Below are positions 36,084 to 49,000 of a stretch of 64,000 nucleotides of DNA, piece after piece. The stretch spans positions 1 to 64,000 of the forward strand of contig DF237461.1 in the NCBI GenBank assembly GCA_000708835.1, written 5' to 3'. Positions within the stretch are counted from its first letter, which is position 1, and every line of letters begins with the position of its first letter. The translations under genes were made by a program, and so were the position numbers. The notes under the pieces were generated by a model that was not told the origin of the DNA, did no database searches, and saw only the letters and a list, made by a program, of their open reading frames with translations. The DNA is from Klebsormidium nitens. Taxonomy: Eukaryota > Plantae > Klebsormidiophyceae.

Positions 36084-38706
36084 ATGAAAGTATGATCAGA
36101 CCTTGTTTTCTGCTCTTAAGAGAAAACAAACTTGGTCCATCACAGACCTCAAAGACCAAGACAATCATGCTGGGAAATCGACCGCATTTCTGTAGTGGAA
36201 TGTATAGGCAATTGTGTCACCTTGCACCTCGTGGCCAACTGATTGAGAATGTTTCTGTTGATATCTTTGCAGCCCTGCCAAGCGGCCCAGCTAGACGGCC
36301 CCGCCTGTTACTCACAACCCTGCTTCGCCCGATTGCCTTGCCTCAATGCATCCTCGAGCTTAAAGAGTCAAGTACGCTTGCTCAAGCGGCGGTGTCACCT
36401 CCCTAAGACTGCCCCTGCGTTGAAACAAGCGGGCGGGACTCGGTGGACATGCAGGGCTGCAGCCAGTGCAGAGACAGCCACAGAAACACCAGCAGTTGCT
36501 GAGACTGGTACGCAGTCTACCTCCAGCTGGCTCAGACACATGATTCCTGGGCCTTCACCATCTTGACAGAACTACTGATCGGTTAGGAGGGACTACAGGA
36601 TTATCTTTGCTGGAGGAGGAGCCAGCTGAAGAGGAGCGAACATTGCCTCAGAAATAAAGAGTGGATGCCTGCTTTCATAGGTTGTGGTATGTTGGGGCGC
36701 AGCATGGTTTTTGAAGAAAGGACAGCTCCTTTCAGGCACAAGGGGCTGGCACCACCCAACCCCTGAAACGACCTCGAAATGCTGTTCTGTCACGGAGGAG
36801 TGTACATTTGACCTTCTAAACGGCCTGCAAATGTCGTTGACTGGCCTGCTCGTGTCTTTGCACCAGCCCAGGTCCCATATGAAACACTCTCCAACAGCCT
36901 GACAGGGAAAAATGTTGCGGTTGACACTACAGTAGTACCATGTGATTCTAACGAGTTTGCTGGATTTTGAATCAAGTCCTAAGTGAATCGCCTGCATGTA
37001 GGCATCGACTACATTGGGCTCCACCACGTGGGTCTCCTCGTCAAGGACACTGACAGGGCCCTCGACTTTTACATGGGGACGCTAGGTGAGACATTCAGTG
37101 CATGTAGGCCTTCGTTTAGGGATCGTGTATGTTATCGAATGGCTGTTACTGGCTCCGCCGTTGTCAAACACCTTGGCCGCTTCTGATGAAACGACAGTCG
37201 AGTGGCTCAGAAGGTTGCACAGAACAACAATCCAGTGATTTTCATTGTTAACCATCCCGTGATTGCTCGACAGGAGAAACAACCTGATCGCAGAAGCACA
37301 GAACCCGATTGGGCTGTGGCGCGAACTTGACTCTGTTGCCTTGCCCCAGTCTCTGATCAGAAGGTTTCCACTTCCATCTGTTTCCCTTACAAACGCTTGA
37401 GTGACCCTTCTTCTATCAAAGTCGAGTCTCACGTTTGTCATCAGAAAGGAGGCCTCACGAAACGCTGAGAGTTAGATAACCATGTCTGATTGCGCAGACT
37501 ACTCGTTGAGTGACTGTGGTTCGTACTAAAGCCAGGACGAAGTCGTTGCACCAAAATGGAATCGTCTCGACGTTCAGAGACAGAAAAGATTGTTGGACTG
37601 AGCCAACTATCCATTTTATGTCGGCCTCGTCCCTCTCGCAGGCCTGCATTTGAACAAGGAGCGCCCTGATGACAAGCTGCCGTACAAGGGCGCGTGGCTT
37701 TGGGTGGGGGCCGAGATGATCCACCTCATGGAGCTGCCAAACCCGGACCCCCTGGAAGGGCGGCCGGAGCACGGCGGCCGCGACCGGTGAGCAGGGGCTC
37801 AAATGCAGTGTTCCTGCGTGTTTCTCTGGCTTCTGGATTCGGCAAGGCCGTTGTTCCGTAATCTCATCTTGCGTCTGCCTTCGGGTGCCTTTCTAAACAT
37901 TCGAAGGCTTGCTTTCAGTCTTCCTTCGCATCTTGCTTTTTATCTCGCTTGCACTTTGCTCTTCGACTTCGATGCATTTCAGTTGGTTCTGAAGCCGTTG
38001 GGGTTCGGCTCAGAAAAGACATTTTAGCTTTGATACGTACATGCGTTGCAGCCTGTTGCAGGTCTGTGGCGTCTCTGGATTCCAGTCAGTTGTTTTTGGC
38101 CAAGACGGGGCCATCGTTTCCTTGATGGCCCCTTCTTGACCTGCACCTCAACTTTCCATACCTGGGTAATCAGCTGACTCACAGACGCCCAACGCTCCCG
38201 GCGGAATGTGGAAGCAGACGACTCCAGATTACTTGAAGTTCCTCACTCAAAGCATTTTTCGCGCAGGCATACTTGCATCAGCGTTGTGGACCTTGAGCCT
38301 GTAAAGAAGGTCCTCGACAATAAGGGTAAGCGGACTTACATGCCGGCAAAAAATATTGCGCACGTGATGTTGATCAGAGTGTTAATTCTGGCCAGTTAAA
38401 CATTAGATCAACTACCCCCGAAGTCGTCTCGCAATGCGGCCCAAGGGAAAGTCTTCCTCATGCATTGTTCCGAAGTAAGAGCCTGCGCTGAAATTGTTTC
38501 CTGTTGAAGCCTGTTTTGGATCCTGCCTCGCCGATCGGGATAAGCAGCTGACTTTCGCTGATTACTCTCTTCCTTGTCCAGGGATTCGGTACACAATGAG
38601 CAAGTCTGGCCGGCCCGCCCTCTTTTGTCGGGACCCCGATGAGAATGCGCTCGAAATCAGCCAGTCTGCACCGCAACATGAAGGCAGCAGCGTGAAGCAT
38701 CTCTGA
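36084..38706 (+). CDS. VOC/glyoxalase-I-like (lactoylglutathione lyase family) protein, probably plastid-targeted, about 217 aa. Exons 36084-36089 (or 36035-36064), 36273-36507, 37002-37085, 37642-37786, 38267-38325, 38582-38706
   Basis: LHHVGLLVKDTDRALDFYMGTLG, RPDDKLPYKGAWLWVGAEMIHLMELPNPDP..GRPEHGGRDRHTCI, YTMSKSGRPALFCRDPDENALE. First exon is ambiguous. Confidence 0.9.
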
Positions 38707-40039
38707 GTATCAGAAACCGGTCACTCCCCACATACGAGTTATCAGAATTCATGCGTGTTTCGAGCTTTTAAGGAAAGCCGAGGCTCTACACTCTCGGCGT
38801 TGACCTAGATCATCTGGAACGTGAGCTCGCAGCGCTTAGCCCCATTTCAAATCCAATCGACAAAATGATGTAAAATAAAGTCTTTGTACAGTTTCAGGCA
38901 CTCCGTGCCAGAGGCTTTGTTCAGTACGAGCATTTTAACGAGCTCGAAGTTATGCACGTTGCAAGATGCTAACTTACATTGAAGACCAGAAGTTGATTAT
39001 CCGCTCTAAACGCGAACCAAAGGCGTCATGCACCTCGCCCTTTGGGTCGGCAATGTTACATGGTCGATTTCCGGTCCGTGCATACGTGCCAGTCATTCAA
39101 CGGTGCTGGCCAAAGTGCATAAGCTCATGTTGTATGTCTGCTATCAATTAAGCACGCACAGCTCGTTAGAGCTTGTGACTCATGCGTATAACGAATCAAC
39201 CAAGAACATGATTACATCATGCATGTGCATGCTCGCGGCGCTGCAATTTGAAATTTGAATATATTGCGCTTATATATCATGCATGGTTGCCACGGCGCAC
39301 ATGATATTATGCACCATGAAATTTTTTGATTGCGTGCGGCCCGCACCCTTGAAACCATGCACTGGCTAGTAGTACCGTGATCGATTATCAATTAAGTGGC
39401 GCTATTTCAAATCATACATATAAAGATAGCACAATGTACGGAGAAACTGCAAGGGACTAATTCGCGATCTAGGGCCGGGGTCAGCAGGTATATAGCTTTG
39501 CATGCACGCAGAATTGTCCGTTGCAGCCCCGAATGCATGCATGAAACGTCATGCAAGCATATGCACTTGGGGGCCCACGACTGGGCTATAGTATATAGGT
39601 GCATAAGTGCTGGTCCGAGTTGGAAGACCTCAGCGCACATGTTGACGCTACCATAATCGAACAAAATGCATGTATTTCTCAGCATCAAACGGTCAAACAG
39701 CTTTTCTCAATTGAAGCGAAGGATCCGGACTCTGGCTTGCTTACTGCAAGAGCTGTTGAATAAAAGTTTTGCGTCTGAAGGCACCATGCACTCGCAAAAT
39801 CCTTAAATGGTGGCGGATACTGAACGCAGGTGCATGCCGGCTACATAGCCGGGCTTGACAGATCGTGAAGTACCGACATTTCGTCCATGTGCCACTTGCT
39901 ATCAGAAGGACCGACCCTAGCTTAACATAGATAAATTGGCCCGCCGACAAATAACCGCCTCAGTATGTACACTCTACCTCAACTTTTGACTTTTCTTGAT
40001 TCTGTACGTCCTAAAGGGCTCCCCCTCGTTCTTCCGCGT

Positions 40040-43000
40040 CTAGTCAAAAAAGTACGGCGCATCCCGCACGCTCCGCACATCAAACTCCCCCCGGATCGGC
40101 ACCGGCGGGAAGTCCGTCTCCGGGTACATCTCCCGAAACTCCGCCAGCAGGTTCTCTAGCAGCGGCTGGCTGTGCAACTCGATGAACTTCTCCCGCAGGA
40201 TCTCGTTCATCCGCTCGACGTCGCCCGCATGCGTCCAGTAAGAGTCGTGCACGCCCGCGAAGCACAGCCCCGCCTTGCGGCACGCAATTGCAGTCATCAT
40301 CATGTGGGTCGCGTCCAGGGAGTGCACGTAGTTGGGCGCGAACGCGGTCCTCTGCTTGAGCGGGTGCACCTTGTCTGCCTCCTGCTCGTCTTCTAGAAAA
40401 ACGCTCTGCAAAACGGAAGAGGATGCGGCTCCGTGAAACCTCTTGACTGCTACCGCAGCTATGGCCGGACTTAGCTTAATGAGCCTCTTCCAAATCCTGT
40501 CGAAAGATAACGAGGATTGTTGGGCCGAACTGGGTGGGCAACCAACATCCTCCAGCAGAACTTGTTACAGCCTCTGGATTTCCGATCCGGGGAGCTTCCA
40601 AACCCGGCCCTCTTTCGCCCTCAAGCTACAGCTTCTTTCTCTTTTAGGTCGTCTAAAATCGTCTTGTCATTTAAATTCTACGAGCCCAGATTCTGGCGGA
40701 GCTCAAAGGTGAAAGCAAGTCCTTCAAGTGCAAGAGGGTTGTTTCACGAGCCAGAACCTGACGGACCTCGACAATCAAAGCGAGATCTTCACCTGCAAGA
40801 CGGTCTGTACAATCTTCTTGGACCGCTTCTTGTACGGCTGCACGACGGGCAGCCCCAGCGGCGTGGTCCACATGACGGCGTCGTCACAGCCCTCGGGCAG
40901 CCTGCCCGAGATGATGACGGCGCAGTGGCCCAGCCACGACATGATGGCCCTGCATATGACGTCAGAAGAGGACGTCAGCAAGGGCCGACGTGATCAGTGA
41001 GGGATTTCATTGAATGAATGAATGGACGTCAGCAGAAGTTACGGGCAACAAAAGGGGAGGTCGTGCGGGTTGGTTAGAGCGAACGGACTGCAAGGTCGAA
41101 AGAAACAAAGAAAGTGGACGACATTCGGCATCGAAGGCTAAATCGCTGCACAAGGAGCGAGAGTAGGTGCGAAGTATGCAACGACCGGAGGTCAGATTCG
41201 AAGCGGGCAGGAGCGAGGGGGCAATTCATGTTTTGAGGAAAAGTGCGTTACGTTCCCAGCGACCTGCCAACTTTAGTAGAAACTCAGGTTGATAAATCGA
41301 ATCTGTTGACGTGTGGGATAGATGCCCAGGTTGACTCAAACTAGCACGCTGCTCGCACTAAGCTGTAGTCCCCGCTACCGACACTCAGGCTTCCTCCAAA
41401 ACCTCGCTATCTCCAATCCCTGATAGACGAGAGCCACTCTTCTAGTTCCTCGCCGCTCTTCAAGTTCCTCACCTAGCTGAATTGAAGATCTCCCCTAGCG
41501 ACGCCAGCGTGACTTTGGTCGCATACATGGTTAGCTGGAACAGCAGTTGATCGTCTTCCGTGACCCCTTTCTCCTTGAGCCGGTTCCGGATCTGCTGCCG
41601 CGCCCCAATGAATGTCACGCCGTAAACTGACGTCATCACCGTCTGCTTCACCAACTTGCGGTCCACGTGGTCACGCAGAGCCAGCGCCACGTGGCGGCCC
41701 TTCGCTGCGTCCGCTTCAACCTGGCAGTGGCACACCGGTTTTAGGACAACAAGTACACTAGACTTTGACGAAAGAACGGATACAGAGTATTCATTTTTCC
41801 AGAATGACAATCTCTTTACTCATCTTTCGGTCTATACGACTAGCAAGGTCTAAGCTGAGCTAAGAACGAAGGTCAACCGTAGGTGCAACGAAAAACTTTT
41901 CAAAGGACTAGATTGCAGCTCTGGCATTCCTGCTTACAAAAGAGTCAATTTGTGCTGAGTTTACTTGGACTTGTCCGTTGGCGCCTAACCATCTTCCGTG
42001 GGTCTAGCACAAACCCTTCGCCCGCATGTTCAGCATAGCACGTCATCATTACCGCTCGCCGGTCTTGACCGTCTTCTGACAGTTCAAGCATCGGGTTTCG
42101 TAAATTAAAAACTGGGGGTTGTCGTAACCTACCTTCTCCCGGACGGTATCTGCAATCCCGGTGTACACGTCCGCCGGCTTATCCATCGCCAGCATGTTGA
42201 CGTGCTCCGCCCCCCGGATGTCTTTGCCGAGCGCCGCATAGTGCTGCAAACCGTTGCAGGAGCCGTCCTGATGCACTGCGAGCGCGCAGACATATGACGG
42301 GGGATCGCCGCTTCGGACGGCTTTCGTGATCTCCATGCACGTGGCAAGGGCTTGGAAGGGGTCCTCTGCTTTCATCCACCACCGGTTGCCCGCCATGGGC
42401 CGGTCTGCGGAGTCCATGATCTGATGAGGGGAAGAGCGAATGATGGTTAGGAAAGGATTCAGAAGGACCCGTCAGAGCCCATGATCTGGAAAGGGGAAGA
42501 GCGAAATCGAATAAGAACTTGGTCAAGTTTTACCCGTCGAAAGCGCAATTTATGCAGTGTATGAATTCGGGTATGACTGATGTGAGGAAAGCTCTTTCAA
42601 CGCCTCAAAGGATTGGTAGGGTCATACTTGGCGGGCGAGCGAATGTGTGCTGGAGTATCTGGCGAGGTTTCGTGAGGCCCATCAAGAGCGAGTCGAAACA
42701 AGGACGGACAAATACAAGAGGCACCCAAGCACCTCCAAATTGCCACAGAGTAGCGAAGCAACAAGAACCTGGGGCGAACAATACCAGTTGACGCAAAGCA
42801 AACGTCACGGTGGGACCAATTCGCATTGTCAACTCAAGAACAGCAACAAACCATCGATTCACGATAAAAACTCGGAGTGCACGTCCGTCCATGCAAAGCA
42901 TCTAAATCCACTTTGCAAGGAAGAGGCTGCCGCCTAACCTCGGCCATGTGTTCGTCGCAGTACTTTTCCCGCTCGTCGAAGGACAGCTTGTCGACGCTGT

Positions 43001-46000
43001 TGCCCACCAGGTTCGCGAGGTGGATCTTGAGCCACCGCAGGCCGCGCTCCCCAAGAGGGCGGCCGTCCGCAAACTGCAGAGGGCGTAAATGAAGTGAGTC
43101 GCAAACCTTTTGATCAATCCACTCCAGTTCAACGGCGATGTTGAGCGGGGAAAATTTGGAAAATACCCGTCATGGTACTGATCTTGAGCCACCGCAGACC
43201 GCGCTCCCCGAGAAGGCGGCCGTCCGCAAACCGTAAAGGGTGTAGCAAAACGTAAGTTAATCTCTTTTTAGTTCTTCAATTCCAGTCCAACGCCGATCCG
43301 GAGAACAGAAGCGTGAAACATTTCGAATTGCCCCTCAATATGTTCTATTCTTGAGCGAAGCGCAGGCCGCGCTCCCCGAGAGGGCGGCCATCCGCAAACT
43401 GCAGAGGGAGTACCCGAACGTGAATCGCAAGCTTCTTTGAATGGTTCAGTTCCCGTCCAACGGCGACAATCCGAGAGGTAAGGGGAGAGAACAGAAGGCT
43501 AGAAGTATCAAGAGGTGGAAAAACGGGGAAGTGTGTGCTCAGATCCACCATGAGCATGCCCTGGCAGACGTCGCTCCCGAGGTGGTTCAGGTGCGGGTGG
43601 ACGGGGTAGGCAAGAAAAGAAAGAAACAGGCACAATGCAGCAGGGTAATTTCAAGCTGGTAAGCAAAGAGAGCAGACGACTAACATGAACAACAAACAGA
43701 AGAAAAGGACAAGTGGAGACCTACCATGAGCGTGCCGCGACACACTTCGGCTCCTAGGTGGTTGAGGTGCGGGTGGGGTAGGCAACAACGCGTCAATAAA
43801 AGAACAGATACAATGCGGCAGTGTGATCTTCATGCTGTTAAGCAAAAGAGCGGAAAGCTAACCACATCAACAGACGGAAGAATGGAGAAGAGTGTATTAG
43901 ACCCACCATGAGCATGCCCCGGCAGACGTCTGCTCCGAGGTGGTTGAGGTAAGGGTGAATGGGGTAGGCGCGCCCCCGGAAGTCGAGCGTGTGCGGGAAG
44001 AAGAAGCGCTCCTCGTCGCGCAGCTGCCGCATCGTGCTCAGCTTCAGAATCATGTCCCCGCGCTGCGACACCGTCTCGCTGTTGGCCTGCTTCACCTGGA
44101 AGAAGGAGAGGGGGGGGGAAATCGTGAGTCAGATGACGTCAGCAAGTTCGAGGTGGCGTCAGGAGGTCGGCTAGCACTGATAAAGTCGGTGGGAGTTTTC
44201 AAGCAAGCTTCAGCTTCATGTCCTTTGCACTGCGATACCGCCTGCCGCACGTGGTAGGGGGGGATCGTCAGGAGATGACGTCAGCGAGGCGAAGTGACGT
44301 CAGGACGTTGGACAGCCCGGAGAGAAGTGGAGGGGTGTCTTCATGTCAGTTTGAGAGTCAAATCTACGCAACGCAACAGCGTCTCGCTGTTGGCCTGCCA
44401 CACATGGAAACGGGGGCGGGTTGAATAGGATTGTGGGTCAGATGACGACAGACAGGCGAGGTGACGACAGGACGTCGGATGGCATTGAAGAAGTGATGGA
44501 GAATTCACGTCAGCTTCAGAATCATGTCCCCTCGCTGCGACACAGTCTTACTGTCTGCCTGCCGCACCTGGAAGGCGGGGAGGGCGGTAGAGAGAATTTC
44601 AAGTCAAATGACGTCCTTAAGTCGAGATGACGTCAGGACATCGGATGGCACAATAGAAGTAGCGGGGCTTTTCAAGTCGGGTTCAACGTCCAATTCTCCG
44701 AGCCGCGATACCATGTCCCCTGTTCACCCTGCCGCAAAGCGCGACTAAGGTGACGTCAGCAGAGCAGGACGTTGGCTGCCGTTTAATGAAGCGGTGGGCG
44801 TTGCGTTTCGCTCTTGGCCTGGCGCTTCCAAGGGTGGGTGGGGGCCAGCAGGAAGTCACGACGTTAGGAGGCGAGGTGACGTCAAAAAATTGGACAGCGT
44901 CGAGCAAGGCGGGGATGGGAAACAAGAAACTGGTCGCATGTTAATTGTTCCATTGTCGAACCGAAAACGTAACCCGCTGAGACGCACCTTTGCCAGCGCC
45001 CGCTTGTATTCCCGCCAGATCGTCTTATCCGTCGCATCCTCCCCCTCCGGTTTCTTCGGCAGGGGGTCCAGCACTCGTCGAGGCAGGCCCGCCGTTGCCC
45101 CCTCGTGCTCACACAACTCCCAGACTTGTTCAACCACTCGCGATACGGGGGCGTTGATTTTCCAGGGAACGATGCCCAGCGCGTTGAGAGCATCGAAGAC
45201 AGGTTGCATGCGGGGGATCCTTTCGGGGGAGAGCCTTTGGGCTTTGCGCAGCGCCTCGAGCTGCATGCGCGAACCCCGGGTGCGCATGACCAGGTTCCGA
45301 AGGAGAAGCTGGCCCCCCCGATTGTGACTGCAGAGAAAATAGATAAACAGTCAATATACATATGAAAAAGTAAACAAAGAGATTGTTGCCGGCAATGTAG
45401 GCAACGCCTTGGCTTTTCTCTCTCGTGACATGGGCACGTGCGTTCTTTACCTCGGCCCTCCTGGCAACAACCTTCAACCTACTCTCAACGAATTGGCTTT
45501 TCAAAACACGAAGCTGAACCAACCGCTCGTTATTACCCTGCACTTTGATTCTAAATTACGAACCTCCTGTGCTACAATTGACTTCCCAACTTCCTAACCA
45601 ATTCCCCCCAACATCTGATGACCTCTTGAAGTCCACTTTCGACTTTCGCCCCGTACAACCGCTGAAACTCCCTTGCCTCCCGAAACCCGCCCTAACCTCC
45701 TCCTTAACCCTCACCTGGTCCACGGCTTGGGCGGCACGAGCATCGGCATGTGTCTCGGGAACCGGTCCGCAAGCGCCGCGGTCTCCTGGCTCAGCTTCTC
45801 GAGGATCGCCGGATGAACTTCCAGCACCCCGCACTTATGCACCGGCCCCCCCCGGCTGCCTTTCAGCATCCGCAGCGTGTGCCGGAACGCCGGGATCCGG
45901 AACTGCTGCTTCCCCTTCTTCGGCACGCTCAAATGCCCCCACTCGGGCCCAAACTTCCGGATCGCCGCCTCGAGCATCGCCGCACGCGTCTCCTCTTCGA

Positions 46001-49000
46001 CCGGCAGTTCCGCAGCTTCCGCGCCAATCGGGACGGGCTCCGCACTCGCCGGCGCGCTCCTCACGTGCGCGTCGAGGGTCTGGATGAGGTTACTGTTAAC
46101 CGCGGCCACGATCGGAGCCAAGACCGCATCTCCAATGGCGTTGCTCGCGCTCATCCGCACCAAGCTCGCGAGCGAACTCCCGGGCTTCGCCTTTCCCTGC
46201 GCCTTTTCCGTTCCGGAAACCTCCGCCGCCGCGTCACCGCTCGCCGCAAGCTCCGCTGCCCTCTGCCCGCTCCGCCCCCGCCTCTTCTTCTTCGCCTTCG
46301 TCGCGCCCCCTTGCGACGTCTCCGCTTCCGCAGACAGCCTCCGTCGCTCCTTATCCTGTTCCGACCGCTCTTCCATCTCACGCATTGTTTCCTGGATTGC
46401 CGTTTCCGTCGAGTCAAGAACCGTTGCACTTTCCGCGACATCTTCCGAAGGCGCAGCCGCGATTGTCTGCGCCGGATCCGGCAAGGCGCTCGCGGTATCG
46501 TCTAGCCGGGGCGCAGTCTCGGTAAGCAATTTTGACTTGTCTATAGCTTCGTTCCATTGGAAGTCCTGATCAAATGTGCGGGCGTTCTCGTAGAGGAGGG
46601 GCGTGTCTTTGGGAGAGACGCCATCGACCTCGCCCTTCTCGATCGCGTTCAGGAGCTTGGCGTTGGGCGGATTCCTAGGCTCGAAGACGGACTGCACACG
46701 TGAAGCAACGGCATTTGATCTGACGTCAGAGACATGACAATCTATACAGGAAGTAGATTTGTAAGGCATGGCGCATACTTGTCTGAAACCCGTTTCATGC
46801 TTGCCGGATTATCCTTCAAATAGTTGTTGCGCGCTAGGCTTGTCGTAAGATGTGTCAACAGAAGTGATCGCACGGTATCCGAGAATGCAGCAGCGCTTTG
46901 ACTCATCTACAATCTGCACCCGACTAACACCAACTTACGCTAATCCGCAACACGATGTAACACGATTGAAAGGATCAAAGTGTACTTTCGAAAGATGGAC
47001 GATCATGTGACATGATTAGACTGGAGCATGAAGAGTTGTCAATCAGTTTGCCGCCAACCGATTGGTTACACAAACTGTTTCAACATAGACTGGTCTGATT
47101 GTTCGAGACAGAAAAGATGACCACGCACTCCCAGATCTGCAATCCGCGCTTACCGGCGCCACTTCTGTCGCCTGCAGAAAGATTTGAAGGAGCGCCGCCC
47201 CCACTTTCGCATGCACGTCGGCGCCCCAGTCCGTGTTGCTCTCGATCGCTTGCCTTGCGTGATAGTTAATCCTGTGCTTCGACCCCGGTTGCATGAGTTC
47301 CTTCATAGGCAACATGCGATACCTGCAATGGAAGCCGTTGTCAGTATTTGAATTTAGGCATCGTTGTCATTGATCCTCGTTTCTGTTCATTCCCTTTGAA
47401 ATTTGTCTCCAGAAACGTCAGTACGGCCTCGGTCGCCACAAGATGCATTACAGGAGAAGATTGACATGGCTATCAGTGACCGGGACCCAGACCGCCGGGC
47501 ATTCCCACGAGTTTGAACAAAAGCAACCACCTGTCCCTGAAAATACCGATACATTCGATGCATTACGTTTTTCCTGCCTGATTATCTCTCAAACACTAGG
47601 TCTCTCAAACACGATGTCAACACCTCCTCATGTCGTCAGCGAGATTTTGTGAGCCACACAGTAAGCCGCCTCGACCCGCAGACATACGTGTAGCAACGAA
47701 GCTGGACGTTTCTCACCCTTGCTTCGTCGCCTCCAGAGTAAACTGATCCGGAAAGTAGACCCGCATGACAGCCTCCACGCCTGCCCGCGCCTCCCTCCGT
47801 CTCTGCTTGTCCTTCGATGTGCCTTCTGCCGCCAGTTCCTCCAACTGCATGAGGATCTCCTCCGCCAACGGGCTCGCCTCCGCGCTTGATTCTTCGCCCC
47901 CCTCGGCCCTTCCCTGTGCCTCAACCTCCGTACTCGACTCACTGCCCTCCTCGTCGGCAAATCCAGCCGCAGCCATTTTTAGCTTCTGTTCCAACTCTTT
48001 CTTTTTCCGCTTTGTCTGCCGCTGCCGCAATTGGTACAAGTGCACCATGCGCGCCAGGTTGGACTCCGTCTCCACCGCCTGACCCAGGTCCATAACCACG
48101 GTCACCACCTTAACCCAGCCCTTCTCCGCAAGACGGTGCCTGCAGGAGACAGTCGTGGTGGTTAGCCGAAAATTCATGTCAGGCTATGAGCAAGTAAATC
48201 TAGACCCTTTTAAAACGGCCGGAAAATCTCTTTCACGAGGGGCGGACAAGCTTGCACAATGAGGGGTGAACAGTCAGACCAGATCGTGCAGTACACAAAC
48301 ACTATATCCTCACTCACTTTTGCGAAGACGATGAGGACGTAATGCTTGCTTGTCAATTCATCAGGTCAGAAAATCCGGATGTCAATCATCGAATCCAAGC
48401 ATGAGCATTCGTATTGAAAGGCTAGGCCCGTTCTCCCGGGCTCAGAGACCCACTTTGTAGATGCCCCCCTTCGTTGCACCGCATAAGTTTTAAAGAGCAG
48501 CAGAAAGGTCATCGCACTTCCCAATTCCCATGTTCTCCCTGTCCTCACACACTCACCCACTTCTTTCAGAAATAGAACAATCAAACGCCCGGCCAAGACC
48601 GTAATACAACTTTATCAAATTTCTCACAGGCTCACGTCGTACTTTTCATGAAGATACCGTTTGAACGCCCTGCCAAGTACGTAAAAACAGTGCCACTCTG
48701 TTGCTCACCTCTGGTCCCTGGCTGAGTGCCCGTCGTGGCTGCTGCCCCCTCTGCCGTCCGGCATCAGAAACGCGTTCAGCACGCACTGGAGTGTGAGCGC
48801 CGCCAGCTTGTCCGACTCTAAGAGCAAAAGGTACGGCCCGTAGTTCTTGCGGTCCATGCCACGCTCCCCGTTCAGGATCGCATTCCGCTCCCGGTCTATC
48901 GCGCGCTCCAGCGGATCGAAAAGCTCGGTCATGAGCGAGGTTTCGGAGCCCAGCGTTACCCCGCGCTTTCGCCGCTGTGCAACAGAAGGAAGGTGTCAGA

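Noticed and set aside
45750-46569. Long plus-strand ORFs (251 and 230 aa); similar ones at 49844-50520, 60270-61031 and 15947-16550
   Set aside because: Antisense shadows of GC3-rich exons (RpoT, RLK, LepA), which naturally lack stops on the opposite strand.
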